Origin: Candidatus Multivoradales bacterium
GTDB taxonomy: Bacteria; Acidobacteriota; Thermoanaerobaculia; Multivoradales; JAHEKO01
DNA: 64,000 bases
Assembly: GCA_965223855.1 (NCBI GenBank)
Contig: CBDCXM010000009.1
Span: forward strand, 1,952,001-2,016,000
Reading direction: 5' to 3'
Part shown: piece by piece, positions 50,200 to 60,379 of the stretch
How positions within the stretch are numbered: the first letter of the stretch is position 1
Layout of the letters: every line of letters begins with the position of its first letter
Translations under genes and position numbers: made by a program
Notes under the pieces: model-generated
What the model was told of the DNA's origin: nothing
Seen by the model: only the letters and a program-made list of their open reading frames with translations
Database searches by the model: none

Positions 50200-51618
50200 T
50201 TGATCTTCAACACGCCCATCTTCTTCGCCTTCTTCATGGCGTTCCTGGCCCTCTACGGCCTGGCCCTCGTCGGGCGTCAGAGACCGAGAGTCCATCTCGT
50301 CCTGGTCGCCAGTCTCGTGTTCTACGGCACCTGGAACTACCGTTTCATCCCACTCCTCGTGGGAAGCGCGGTCGCCGACTACTTCATTGCTCAGCGAATC
50401 GCAGCGACAAAGGTGCCCCGACGAAGGAAGTTCTGGCTCTCGCTCTCCCTGGCAATCAACCTCGGAATCCTCGGCCTCTTCAAGTACGCGGACTTCGTGC
50501 TCGTCTCGGTGGCCGACTTCCTCGCACTCTTCGGGGTCGAGACGAGTTTGCCGACGCTGGCCTGGGTGCTGCCGGTCGGTATCTCCTTCTATACCTTTCA
50601 GAGCCTGAGCTACACGATCGACGTCTATCGCGGCGACATGGAGCCCCGGCGCGGACTCGTCGAGTTCACGGCGGCGCTGGCGTTCTTCCCGCAGCTCGTC
50701 GCCGGCCCCATCCTGCGGGCCAACCAGATCCTGCCGCAGATCCACCGCCTCCCGGTGCCGACCTGGGACGGGGCGAAGCACGGGTTCCTCCTCGTGACCG
50801 CCGGAGTGATCAAGAAGACAGCCGCAGATCTCCTCGCCCTGCCGGTAGCGACGGCCTTCGACAGTTCAGGCAGCGTCAGTCTGCTCGAGACCTGGACGGG
50901 CGTTCTCGCCTTTGCCGGGCAGATCTATGGCGACTTCGCCGGCTACACCGACATGGCGATCGGCATCGGGCTGATTCTGGGCTTCCAGATCCCGCTCAAT
51001 TTCAGGGTGCCCTACTTCGCCGTCTCACCGGTCGACTTCTGGCGGCGCTGGCACATCTCGCTCTCGAGCTGGCTGCGCGACTATCTCTACATATCGCTCG
51101 GGGGCAATCGCGACGGGAGACGACAGCGCAACGTGATGATCACCATGTTGCTGGGCGGTCTGTGGCACGGCGCCGCCTGGACCTTCGTCGTCTGGGGAGC
51201 GTTCCACGGGGTGATCATCTCGGCCTCTCATGCCCTGGCTCGATGGGGACCGCTGCGCTCCTGGAACGCGAGCCGATCGCCCCTCGTCATCCTTGCCAAG
51301 TGGGCACTGACCTTCTACCTGGTGCTTCTGGGCTGGGTGATCTTCCGCGCCCCGAACCTCGCCGGGGCATGGTCGTTGATTCTCGATCTCCACGGTCTGG
51401 GAGTGAGCTATGCCGAACCGGCGAGCACCGCCAAGCGGATCTTCGTCGCTACTGTGGCCGCCGTGGGAGCCATGCACGTCATGGACTACCTGGTCCTCCG
51501 GAAAGCGACCGTGATCGAGCGACGCACCTGGTTGCTCCTGACCCTCGTGGTGCTCGGGCAGGCGCTTTGCCTCCTCATAGGAAAGCCGAGTGATGAGTTC
51601 ATCTACTTCCAGTTCTGA
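50200..51618 (+). CDS. MBOAT O-acyltransferase (AlgI/DltB family)
   Basis: LPVGISFYTFQSLSYTIDVY, FFPQLVAGPI, FWRRWHISLSSWLRDYLYI, GLWHGA, FIYFQF. Confidence 0.95.
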   Translation: MIFNTPIFFAFFMAFLALYGLALVGRQRPRVHLVLVASLVFYGTWNYRFIPLLVGSAVADYFIAQRIAATKVPRRRKFWLSLSLAINLGILGLFKYADFVLVSVADFLALFGVETSLPTLAWVLPVGISFYTFQSLSYTIDVYRGDMEPRRGLVEFTAALAFFPQLVAGPILRANQILPQIHRLPVPTWDGAKHGFLLVTAGVIKKTAADLLALPVATAFDSSGSVSLLETWTGVLAFAGQIYGDFAGYTDMAIGIGLILGFQIPLNFRVPYFAVSPVDFWRRWHISLSSWLRDYLYISLGGNRDGRRQRNVMITMLLGGLWHGAAWTFVVWGAFHGVIISASHALARWGPLRSWNASRSPLVILAKWALTFYLVLLGWVIFRAPNLAGAWSLILDLHGLGVSYAEPASTAKRIFVATVAAVGAMHVMDYLVLRKATVIERRTWLLLTLVVLGQALCLLIGKPSDEFIYFQF

Positions 51619-52867
51619 CAGCCGGCCCCGTTCGGCTCGGTCGATCTTCGCGAGGATCTACCTCACTGTGGGACTCGGCATGCTCGTGGCTCTGGCGATG
51701 GTTCGGCTCGTTGCGTCCGCCTACGACTTCCGAAGCGCCACGGTGCTCGATCGCGTCCTTGAGGCGAAGGCAGCGCTGCCGGCGGTGACGGAGCAGGAGG
51801 GCGTCGCCATCTTCTTCGGGTCGTCGATGATGGAGGCCGCGTTCGCGCCGCGGGTGTTCGATCGCGAGATGGCGGCTCGGGGGGCCTGCGTGCGCTCGTA
51901 CAACTTCGGCTTTGGCGGTCTGAACCCCGTCTTTCAGGAAGTCCTGGCGCGGCGGGTGCGGGACGCCTTCGAGGCTCGGGGACGACGTCTACCCCTGGCG
52001 ATTCTCGAGTTCAATCCGTTTCAGGCGACGGAGGTGCGCTGGCAGCGAGCCCAGCCCGTGCTCGACGCCTTTCTCGCCGAGCTGATCACGTCGCGCGAAC
52101 TGTGGGAGATCGGCAAGGAGGATCCGGAGCGCGGCTTCCAGCTGGCGAACATCGTCTACCTCCGCGACAAGGTCTCGGCCGAGATGATCACCCATCGGCT
52201 CGGCGAACCGCTGCGGCCCGGGCGCAAGAAGAGCGAGCTAGCCGTCGATCGCGAGGCGGAGCGCCGGATCGACGAGCTGCGGGAGCGTCTTCGGCTGCTC
52301 GACGAGCGCGATTTCGCCGCTCGCGACGACCGCGAATGGGATCTGGAATGGCAGGGCGGCGAGAGCATCGCCGAAGAGCGCTCGTCCGAGGTCCTGGAGC
52401 TGGCCCAGGCCTTCTACGCGGCGCTGCGCAGCAACCGGCGCATGGACGACGACCGCCTCCGGAGGATCCACACCGCCGACATCGAGGAGCTTCGCTTCTC
52501 GGAGGAGCTCGTAGCGGCATTCGTTCGGATGATCGGGATCTTCCAGAGCTTTGCGGACGAGGTCGACGTCGTGCTGCTGCCGCGAAACACCGACTGGATA
52601 GAGTACACGCCGGCAGGGAGGGAACGCTTACAGGACGTCCTCGAGCGGATCGAGCGCGAGACGCAGGCTGTGGTACGGAACTTCCAGGTAGTCGACGCGG
52701 TGATTCCCGAGATGTTCAGTGACACGACCCACCTGGCTCGGTACTCGGGCGACGAGGTCTTCAGCCGTTTCCTCGCAGAGTTCTATTCGTCCCGCTGGCG
52801 CGAGCTCATGGGTCAGGAGAAGCCTCCCGGAGCTGAGCTACCGGCGGGCCTCTGCGAGTCCGAGTAG
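51590..52867 (+). CDS. Membrane-anchored SGNH-like partner of the MBOAT (AlgJ/DltD-like)
   Basis: N-terminal TM, FFGSS, YNFGFGG, FSDTTHL (DxxH); follows the algI-like gene. Confidence 0.65.
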   Translation: MMSSSTSSSDSRPRSARSIFARIYLTVGLGMLVALAMVRLVASAYDFRSATVLDRVLEAKAALPAVTEQEGVAIFFGSSMMEAAFAPRVFDREMAARGACVRSYNFGFGGLNPVFQEVLARRVRDAFEARGRRLPLAILEFNPFQATEVRWQRAQPVLDAFLAELITSRELWEIGKEDPERGFQLANIVYLRDKVSAEMITHRLGEPLRPGRKKSELAVDREAERRIDELRERLRLLDERDFAARDDREWDLEWQGGESIAEERSSEVLELAQAFYAALRSNRRMDDDRLRRIHTADIEELRFSEELVAAFVRMIGIFQSFADEVDVVLLPRNTDWIEYTPAGRERLQDVLERIERETQAVVRNFQVVDAVIPEMFSDTTHLARYSGDEVFSRFLAEFYSSRWRELMGQEKPPGAELPAGLCESE

Positions 52868-52962
52868 GGTGTCGCCGTTGACCGAGGGCCCTTGCCGACC
52901 GAAGAGCTGTGGTTCCTCGCGATCTCTCCGGCGACGCTCGTCGCCACTGGGGCCGCGGCCGG

Positions 52963-53889
52963 CTAGTTGCCGCCGGCTCGCGATTCGAACCAACTCACGG
53001 TGCGGGAGATGCCCTCGTCGAGAGCCATCGGAGCCGGAAGTGCCAGGTCGGCGCGCAAGGCTGACGCGTCGACCGAGGAGCGACGTTGCTCTCCCGGCTT
53101 GCCGGCGGCATGCTGCGCGGGCCTGTCGAGACCGAGGGCAGCAGCGAGGGCGGCGTAGAGCTCGACGACGGTGGTCTCGATGCCGGTACCGACGTTGTAG
53201 GTGTGGAATCCTTTCCGGCCGAGGGACGCGAGGTTGGCGCTGACGACGTCGGAGACGTGGATGTAGTCACGAGTCTGCAGTCCGTCACCGTTGATAGTGC
53301 ACGTCTCCCCGGCCAGGAGGCGGTTCAGGAAGATGGCGACGACGCCGGCCTCGCCGTGTGGATTCTGGCGCTCGCCGTAGACGTTGGCGTAGCGCAGACA
53401 GGTGGCATCGAGGCCGTGCTCGACGTGAAAATAGTAGAGGTAGCGCTCACCGGCGAGCTTGGCGACACCGTACGGTGACACCGGCCGTAGGGGGTGGTCC
53501 TCCCGCGCGGGGAAGGTCTCCTGCTCGCCGTAGATGGCGCCGCCCGTGGAGGCCAGGATCACTTGACCCACCCCTCCCTCGACAGCGGCCTGCAGGAGAT
53601 TCAAGGTGCCCAGGATGTTCGTTCGGGCGTCGAAGATGGGATCCTCCGTCGAGCGCCGCACGTCCATCTGAGCCGCGTGGTGGAGGATGACGTCGAAGCC
53701 GTCCCTGACGATCGCTGCGGCCTCCTCGCTACCGATGTCTGCGATATGAAGCTGAGTTCCCGCGGGGACGTTTACCCGTCGGCCGCTCGATAGATCGTCG
53801 AGGATCGACACCGAGTGACCCGCAGCGACCGCCTGCTCGGCGACATGTGATCCGATGAAACCGGCACCGCCGGTGACGAGGAGTTTCAT
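52963..53889 (-). CDS. NAD-dependent epimerase (UDP-glucose 4-epimerase-like)
   Basis: VTGGAGFIGSH, STGGAIYG, PYGVAK, RYANVYG, GEAGVVAIF. Confidence 0.92.
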   Translation of the reverse strand: MKLLVTGGAGFIGSHVAEQAVAAGHSVSILDDLSSGRRVNVPAGTQLHIADIGSEEAAAIVRDGFDVILHHAAQMDVRRSTEDPIFDARTNILGTLNLLQAAVEGGVGQVILASTGGAIYGEQETFPAREDHPLRPVSPYGVAKLAGERYLYYFHVEHGLDATCLRYANVYGERQNPHGEAGVVAIFLNRLLAGETCTINGDGLQTRDYIHVSDVVSANLASLGRKGFHTYNVGTGIETTVVELYAALAAALGLDRPAQHAAGKPGEQRRSSVDASALRADLALPAPMALDEGISRTVSWFESRAGGN

Positions 53890-53952
53890 GACGGGAGTTC
53901 CTCTTGTGTGGGGGAAGGGAAGCGGCGCGGATCCGGGGTCGATCAGCGGGCC

Positions 53953-54924
53953 CTAGGCGGCCGCGAAGAGCTCCGAGTAGTGATCGATGCAGGCCGCCAG
54001 TCCAGCGCTGAGAGCGGTCGCCGGCTCGTAGCCGAGAAGTCTCCTGGCGCGATCGAGATCGGCCAGCGAGTGCCGGACGTCGCCCGGGCGCTCGGGAGCA
54101 TGCCCGGGGGGCGGGCCGGCGCCGACGGCATTGCGAACGAGATCCGCCACATGATTGATAGTGGTCCGCTCTCCTCCGGCGACGTTCACCACCGTGTGTC
54201 GCTCGGGGAGATCCACCGTGGCGGCGAGCAGATTGGCTCGCACGGCGTCGTCGACGAAGGTGAAATCGCGGCTCTGCTCGCCGTCTCCATGCACGATCGG
54301 CGGACGCTTCTCGAGGAGGGCGGCGAAGAAGCGTGGAATGACCGCAGCGTAGCTACCCTCCGGGCGCTGGCGTGGGCCGTAGACGTTGAAGTAGCGCAGG
54401 CCTACGAACGTCATGCCGAAACACCGTGCGAAAACCTCGGCCAGCTCTTCGTTCGTCTTCTTCGACAGAGCGTAGGGGGACAGCGGCTTGCCCTCCTCCC
54501 CTTCGAGCTTGGGCAACGCCGGTGAGTCTCCGTAGACGCTCGACGACGAGGCGTAGACGATCCGTGTTACGCCTTGGCTGCGTGCCGCACTGAAGATCCG
54601 TGCGGTTCCGGTGACGTTGACATCGAGGGTGGCGAACGGGTCGCTCATCGAGCGGGGCACGGAACCGAGGGCCGCCTGGTGAAAGACCAGCGAGCAACCC
54701 TCGACCGCGCGGTTGACCGCGTCGCCGTCGCGCAGATCCCCCTCGATGAACTCGATGCGCTCGCGGGCGGCGTCGAGATTCGCCGCCAGCCCCGTGCTCA
54801 GGTCGTCGAGCACCCGGACCTTCGCTTCGGCCGAGACCAGGGCATCGACGAGGTGTGAGCCGATGAAGCCGGCGCCACCGGTCACCAGCACCCGTGCTCC
54901 GGCGAGCCCTCCGATCGAGCTCAA
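53953..54924 (-). CDS. UDP-GlcNAc/GlcNAcA 4-epimerase (WbpP/TviC-like)
   Basis: TGGAGFIGSH, HQAALGSVPRS, SSSSVYGD, SPYALSK, LRYFNVYGPRQ. Confidence 0.9.
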   Translation of the reverse strand: MSSIGGLAGARVLVTGGAGFIGSHLVDALVSAEAKVRVLDDLSTGLAANLDAARERIEFIEGDLRDGDAVNRAVEGCSLVFHQAALGSVPRSMSDPFATLDVNVTGTARIFSAARSQGVTRIVYASSSSVYGDSPALPKLEGEEGKPLSPYALSKKTNEELAEVFARCFGMTFVGLRYFNVYGPRQRPEGSYAAVIPRFFAALLEKRPPIVHGDGEQSRDFTFVDDAVRANLLAATVDLPERHTVVNVAGGERTTINHVADLVRNAVGAGPPPGHAPERPGDVRHSLADLDRARRLLGYEPATALSAGLAACIDHYSELFAAA

Positions 54925-56903
54925 TTCAGCGGCTCCTCGCGAGCATCGAAGCCACTGTCGATCTCGTGGTAGTCCGGTGGCTGTGGGAACCGCGATTCGG
55001 GAATGAGTTCCACGAGGAGGCGGCGAAGCGCTTCGTCGTCGAGGGGGCTGCCCGCGTTCTCGAGATCCGCGACGAGTTCGCGGAATCGCGTCCCTGGCGA
55101 CTGGACGCGCCCGACGAGTACCTTCGGATGGGTCGTCGGAGCGATCTCCTCGCCGGTGAGCTCCAACTCCTCAGTCAGCTTCTCACCCGGCCTCAGACCG
55201 ACGAACTCGATCGTAATGTCCTCGTAGGGGCGATAGCCCGAGAGAGAGATCATGTCTTCGGCGAGTTCGGCGATCCGGATCGGGCGGCCCATATCGAGGA
55301 TCATCACGTCGCCGCTCCTCCCCAGGGTGCTGGCCTCGAGCACGAGCTGGGCCGCCTCCGGAATCGTCATGAAGTACCTCATGGCATCGCGGTGGGTCAC
55401 GGTGACCGGTCCGCCCTCGGCGATCTGTTGCCGGAAGATGGGTACGACTGAGCCCGCCGATCCCATTACGTTGCCGAAGCGCACTGCGACATAGCGGGTC
55501 GAGTCGAACTCCGAGGCGAGGTCCTGGCAGATGAGTTCGGCGATCCGCTTCGAGGCGCCCATGATCGAGCTCGGTCGAACGGCCTTGTCCGTCGAGATCA
55601 GAACGAAGGCCTCGATTCCGAACTCTCCAGCGGCTCGCGCGACGTGGCGCGTGCCGGCGACGTTGTTCTTGATCGCTTCGCCCGGGTTCGACTCCATCAT
55701 TGGTACGTGTTTGTGCGCGGCCGCATGCAGTACGACGTGCGGCCTGAAACGACGGAAGACCTCTGCCACCCGGCCCGCATCGGTCACGTCGCCGACGACG
55801 GGCACGACGTCGAAGCGCGGCTCCTCTGCGAGCACCTCGCGGTGGATGTCGAAGAGAGCCCCCTCGGCTCGCTCGAAGAGAATCAGCTTGCTGGGGCCGA
55901 AGCGCGCCACCTGGCGGCAGAGCTCGCCGCCGATCGAGCCGCCGGCGCCGGTAATGAGGACGCGTCGCCCTGTCAGGAATCGTTCGATCCGATCTCCGCT
56001 GATCTCGACCGGCTCGCGGCCCAGGAGGTCCTCGATCTCGACGTCCCTAAACCGGCTGATCGACACCCTCCCCTGGAGGATCTCGTAGAGGCCCGGGATG
56101 ATGCGGACTCGAAGTCCGGCGCTCTCGCAGGCCTTGACGATCGCCCGGATGACGGCGGCGCGAGCGTTCGCGATGGTGATGACGACCTGGCGAACGTCGT
56201 GCTCGGCGGACAGCTGCTCGAGGTCCGCGAGCGCTCCCAGGACCCGCCGGCCGTGAATCTGGGTGCCGAGCTTGGCTGGGTCGTCGTCCACGAAGCCGAC
56301 GACGTCGAGGCCGGTATCGCCTCGGCCGGTGATCTCCCGCATGACGGCGACGCCGGCACGCCCCGCACCGACCAGAAGAACACGCTCGGCCGAGCCTTCG
56401 CTGTTCGTCTGTCGCTGCTCCCGCTCATAGCGTTCGTACATCGAGCGGCGGAGCACTCGAATCGCCAGCAGGCCGGCGAAGGCGAGTGCGGCATCGAGCA
56501 GGATGATCGAAAGCGGAACGCGCCAGGCGTCATGGCGTTCGGGAAGTCCCAAACGCAGGGCCAGGATCGGGAGAGCGGCCAGAAAAGCGCCACGGGCGAA
56601 GACCCAGATCTCGGCCATCCCAACGTAGCGCCAGACGAAACGGTAGATGCCCGTCAGGAGAATGACGCTGAACTGTGTCAGCAGAACGACCGGCGCCTGA
56701 ACCCACGCGCGCTGCAGCTGATCTTCCGGGATCGAGAAGTCGAAGCGCAGGAGATACGCCAGCGCGAAAGCGGTCAGGAGGACCGCGATGTCGATCAGGT
56801 ACTGCAGCTCCCGCCGGAGATGACGCTCCCAGAAGGGCCTTGGCTGAGTAGGCTCGAAGGTGGGGTCCATGAGGGTCTTCAGGTCGCGCGGCGGCGCCAC
56901 CAA
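54921..56903 (-). CDS. UDP-GlcNAc 4,6-dehydratase (PglF/WbpM/CapD family)
   Basis: TM N-terminus, EDLLGR, TGAGGSIGGELCRQ, HAAAHKHVP, STDKAV, RFGNVMGSAGSVVP. Start may be ATG 56870. Confidence 0.92.
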   Translation of the reverse strand: MVAPPRDLKTLMDPTFEPTQPRPFWERHLRRELQYLIDIAVLLTAFALAYLLRFDFSIPEDQLQRAWVQAPVVLLTQFSVILLTGIYRFVWRYVGMAEIWVFARGAFLAALPILALRLGLPERHDAWRVPLSIILLDAALAFAGLLAIRVLRRSMYERYEREQRQTNSEGSAERVLLVGAGRAGVAVMREITGRGDTGLDVVGFVDDDPAKLGTQIHGRRVLGALADLEQLSAEHDVRQVVITIANARAAVIRAIVKACESAGLRVRIIPGLYEILQGRVSISRFRDVEIEDLLGREPVEISGDRIERFLTGRRVLITGAGGSIGGELCRQVARFGPSKLILFERAEGALFDIHREVLAEEPRFDVVPVVGDVTDAGRVAEVFRRFRPHVVLHAAAHKHVPMMESNPGEAIKNNVAGTRHVARAAGEFGIEAFVLISTDKAVRPSSIMGASKRIAELICQDLASEFDSTRYVAVRFGNVMGSAGSVVPIFRQQIAEGGPVTVTHRDAMRYFMTIPEAAQLVLEASTLGRSGDVMILDMGRPIRIAELAEDMISLSGYRPYEDITIEFVGLRPGEKLTEELELTGEEIAPTTHPKVLVGRVQSPGTRFRELVADLENAGSPLDDEALRRLLVELIPESRFPQPPDYHEIDSGFDAREEPLN

Positions 56904-57946
56904 TCGAGGAACTTCCGACGAGCGTAGACTACCAGCGTTCCCCGCCGGGTAGCCTCCTTCAAGCGGTGCCGTCGGTGCCTTCGCCTCAAGCTCTGTCGAT
57001 AGGACGGGTCGAAGGTGTGGGCGAGGCAGTGCGCGAGCAGCCGCCCCGCGCCGCTCCCGGTCGCGGGCAGACGACCGCTAGCCAGGGAACTCAGCAGAGA
57101 GTAGAGCGCACGGAGATCGTCTCCGGCGATCGAATGGGCGACGAGTTTCTCTACGTCTGAGGGGGGGTGCCATGGTGGCGGTCCCTCGGCCAGATCGATC
57201 AGATCGCCCAGTACGCGGAGAAGCGGATAGGCATTGGGACTCATCACGTGCTGGTCGAACCCATGAGCCAGCGTATGCGCCGTCATGACCGAACGCGACG
57301 GGATCCAGCAGCCCGGCCTGTGCTCGGCGGCTCCGTCGTGATCCCCTACGGCCTCGGCGCGCATCCACTCGCCGCGGTAGCCGACTCCGCGAAGGCGATC
57401 GTGGATGTCGAGGACGCCCCAGCCCGGAGCTCTCAAAGGCAGGAGATGATGCTCGTTGCGTTGACCTGTCGCCGGGGTGAAGCCTTGCGCTTGGAGTAGG
57501 CTCGATAGCGCCACGGCGAAGGTGGTCTCGGCGAGGATGTCGAGGTCGCCGACCTCGCGGCTTCCAGCCTTGGCGAATCCGCCGGCGACGAGCGCGAACC
57601 CTTTGAGAAGGAAGATCCTCTCCCCGGCCTGCGAGGCTAGTTCGGAGAGGGTCTCGACGAGGTCGCCGTAGGCCACGTAGTGGCTCGCCGCCTGCCGTCT
57701 GGCGGCCTCGAACCAGTCGCAAGCGATCGCAGCGTGACGCCAACGCGCGGCGAGGCGGGGAGCGAGCCCGCTCCGTCTTGCCACCTTGTCAACGCCTGGG
57801 GCGGCTTCGGGACTCTCGGCGAGGGGTCCGTAGGCGTGAGCCAGAACCCAGCGCTGGGCCTCCCCTGGAGCCAGTGGCGGTGGATCGAGGCTACGGCTGA
57901 GGGAGCGTCTCAAGCCCACTCCCGTTCCCCCTAGACGTGGGGACAT
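56879..57946 (-). CDS. Uncharacterised nucleotidyltransferase (NTP_transf_5-like)
   Basis: LLKGFAL, REVGDLDIL, LDIH motifs. Confidence 0.7.
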   Translation of the reverse strand: MSPRLGGTGVGLRRSLSRSLDPPPLAPGEAQRWVLAHAYGPLAESPEAAPGVDKVARRSGLAPRLAARWRHAAIACDWFEAARRQAASHYVAYGDLVETLSELASQAGERIFLLKGFALVAGGFAKAGSREVGDLDILAETTFAVALSSLLQAQGFTPATGQRNEHHLLPLRAPGWGVLDIHDRLRGVGYRGEWMRAEAVGDHDGAAEHRPGCWIPSRSVMTAHTLAHGFDQHVMSPNAYPLLRVLGDLIDLAEGPPPWHPPSDVEKLVAHSIAGDDLRALYSLLSSLASGRLPATGSGAGRLLAHCLAHTFDPSYRQSLRRRHRRHRLKEATRRGTLVVYARRKFLDWWRRRAT

Positions 57947-59067
57947 TGGGAGCGCACAACGCTCACGACCCGCTCGAGATCCTCCGAGGAGAGACTCGAG
58001 CCGCTCGGCAGGCAGAGGCCTTGCTCGAAGAGCCGGCGCGAGACGTCACCTCCCCGCACGCGGCAGCCAGCGAAGACCGGTTGCAGGTGCATGGGCTTCC
58101 AAACCGGCCGCGACTCGATATTCTCGGCCTCGAGAGCAAGGCGGACCGCCTCGCGATCGGCACCGAAGGCTCGCGGGTCGATGGTCAGGCAGGTCAGCCA
58201 GCGCGTGGCGGTGCCGAAGTCGGCTTCCGGCATGAACCTAAGTCCCGGAAGATCGCTCAGCCGCTCGTCGTAGATCGAAAAATTGCGGCGTCGGGCAGCC
58301 ACGCGATCGTCGAGAACTTCGAGTTGCGCGCGGCCCACGGCCGCCAGCAGGTTCGACAGTCGGTAGTTGTAGCCCACGACCGAATGCTCGTAGTGCGGCG
58401 CCGAGTCTCGCGCCTGGCTGGCCAGGAAGCGTGCCCGCGCGATGCCCTCTTCGTCGTCGCTGACGAGCATGCCGCCGCCGGAGGTCGTGAGAATCTTGTT
58501 GCCGTTGAAGGAGAAGGCGCCGAACCGACCGAAACGCCCGACGGATACTCCGTGGTAGGTGGCGCCCAGGGCTTCGGCCGCGTCCTCGACGATGGGGATC
58601 TGCCATGGCGCGCAGGCCTCGCGGATGGCCTCGTGGTCGGCGCTCTGACCATAGAGGTCGACGGTGAGGACTGCGGCCGGCATCCCATTCCGCGCGGCGC
58701 AAGCCTCGAGCTCTCGACGCAACAGCTCCGGGTCGAGGTTCCACGTCGTGGGATCGGCGTCGATGAAGACCGGCTTCGCTCCCAGGTACGTGATCGCGTT
58801 GGCGCTCGCAGCAAACGTGAGGTCCGAGCAGAGGACCTCGTCTCCCGGACCGACGCCCAGGATCTCGAGAGCGAGATGGAGCGCTGCAGTGCCCGAGGAG
58901 AGTGCCGCGGCGTGGTCGACGCCCACCCGCGCCGCGAACTCGCGTTCGAAGGCGTCGACCTCGGGACCGAGGGGAGCGATCCAGTTGGAGGCGATCGTCT
59001 CTTCCAGACGAACCAGCTCGCCGCCGCTCAGGTGGGGCGGTGAGAGATAGACCCTCTTCGCGGTCAT
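57931..59067 (-). CDS. DegT/DnrJ/EryC1 PLP aminotransferase (PglE-like)
   Basis: LSPPH, SNWIAPLGP, SSGTAALHL, EDAAEALG, SFNGNKILTTSGGG, KPMHLQP, GLCLPSG. Confidence 0.95.
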   Translation of the reverse strand: MTAKRVYLSPPHLSGGELVRLEETIASNWIAPLGPEVDAFEREFAARVGVDHAAALSSGTAALHLALEILGVGPGDEVLCSDLTFAASANAITYLGAKPVFIDADPTTWNLDPELLRRELEACAARNGMPAAVLTVDLYGQSADHEAIREACAPWQIPIVEDAAEALGATYHGVSVGRFGRFGAFSFNGNKILTTSGGGMLVSDDEEGIARARFLASQARDSAPHYEHSVVGYNYRLSNLLAAVGRAQLEVLDDRVAARRRNFSIYDERLSDLPGLRFMPEADFGTATRWLTCLTIDPRAFGADREAVRLALEAENIESRPVWKPMHLQPVFAGCRVRGGDVSRRLFEQGLCLPSGSSLSSEDLERVVSVVRSQCPHV

Positions 59068-59729
59068 GACGGGGGCGCGCTCCGTTCGAGGGGCCTCGCC
59101 GGGACGCCCGCCACGGTCGTTGTCGCTGGCACGTCTCGGGTCACGACGGCTCCCGCGCCGACGACGGCCTCGGCCCCCACCTTCAGGTACTGGACGATCG
59201 TGGCGTTCGAGCCGACCAGCACCGCTTCGCCCAGTTCGACTCCTCCCGAGACGACGGCACGCGGATTGAGCGTGCCGAAGGCGCCGATCCTGGCTTCATG
59301 GCCGAGGGTGACGCCGACGCCTACGAGCGCGAATGGGCCGATCTCGAGATGGACCGTACCGGTGGCGCCCGCCGCGACGATCGCGCCCTCGCCAATCCTC
59401 ACCGTCTTCGGATCGAAGGTCGCTGTGGGGTGGACGAGGGTCGGGAAGGAGACCTCGGGCAGCATCGCGCGCACCGCGGAGGCGACGCGACGCCGCGCCT
59501 GGGGTGAACCGATCGCGATGACGACGCCGTCGATGTCGGTCTGGTGTCGCGTGAGCCAGTCGACGTCACCGACGACCAGCTCGTCGCTGTCGGTCGGACC
59601 CAGAGCGCCGAGATCGGAGACGACATGACCGAGGACTTCGTAGCGGGGCGAGTCCTCGTTGAGATCGTCGAGGAGCCACCGGAGCTCCCGCGCGACGCCA
59701 CCGGCGCCGATGATGATCAAGCGTTCCAT
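59064..59729 (-). CDS. Sugar O/N-acetyltransferase (PglD/NeuD family)
   Basis: IIGAGG, AIGSP..R, LVHP, hexapeptide repeats, VAGVPAR. Confidence 0.9.
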   Translation of the reverse strand: MERLIIIGAGGVARELRWLLDDLNEDSPRYEVLGHVVSDLGALGPTDSDELVVGDVDWLTRHQTDIDGVVIAIGSPQARRRVASAVRAMLPEVSFPTLVHPTATFDPKTVRIGEGAIVAAGATGTVHLEIGPFALVGVGVTLGHEARIGAFGTLNPRAVVSGGVELGEAVLVGSNATIVQYLKVGAEAVVGAGAVVTRDVPATTTVAGVPARPLERSAPPS

Positions 59730-60379
59730 GGTCCACCGTCGTCCTGTTGGGTTCCTCGGAACCTGGGCATCGTCGAATGACCGCTTGCCGATACCCCCCT
59801 ACCGGTCAGGACCACGCCTGCGGTGCGCAGCAGGATTCTCAAATCGAGAGCCGGCCCCAGGCGCTCGACGTACCGGACGTCCAATTCTAGCTTCTCGTCC
59901 CACTCGATGGCGTTGCGACCGTTGACTTGAGCCCATCCCGTGATGCCGGGCCGGATTTCGTGCCGCCGTCGCTGCCGAGCGTCGTAGCGCGGGAGGTACT
60001 CGGGCAAGAGGGGTCTCGGTCCAACCAGACTCATGTCTCCGGTGAGTACGTTCCAGAGCTCGGGTAACTCGTCCAGACTGGTGCGCCGCAGCCAGCCCCC
60101 GAAACGGGTGAGGCGCCGGTCGTCCGGGAGCGGCGCTCCGGCTCGGTCCCGGGCGTCGGTCATCGTCCTGAACTTGCGCAGGAGAAACAGCCGCTCGTCC
60201 TTGCCGGGGCGGGTCTGCGAAAAAAGGACCGGCCGCCCGAGCGACAGGGCGACGGCCAGGGCCACGAGAAGCCCTAGCGGAAGGGCGACAGGAGCGAGGA
60301 GGACCAGGAGCGTCAGATCGAGCGCCCGCTTCCCACCCCGGCGGTACCAGCTCGCGCGGCTCGTTGGTGTGCCGCTCAC
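59717..60379 (-). CDS. Phosphoglycosyl transferase (PglC-like)
   Basis: KRALDL, KFRTM, SLDELPELWNV, MSLVGPRP, PGITGWAQVNGRN. Confidence 0.92.
   Translation of the reverse strand: MSGTPTSRASWYRRGGKRALDLTLLVLLAPVALPLGLLVALAVALSLGRPVLFSQTRPGKDERLFLLRKFRTMTDARDRAGAPLPDDRRLTRFGGWLRRTSLDELPELWNVLTGDMSLVGPRPLLPEYLPRYDARQRRRHEIRPGITGWAQVNGRNAIEWDEKLELDVRYVERLGPALDLRILLRTAGVVLTGRGVSASGHSTMPRFRGTQQDDGGPWNA

Noticed and set aside
56879-57946. Lasso-peptide/RiPP cluster suggested by the nucleotidyltransferase
   Set aside because: No PqqD/RRE, B2 peptidase, asparagine-synthetase-like cyclase or precursor is seen in the window.
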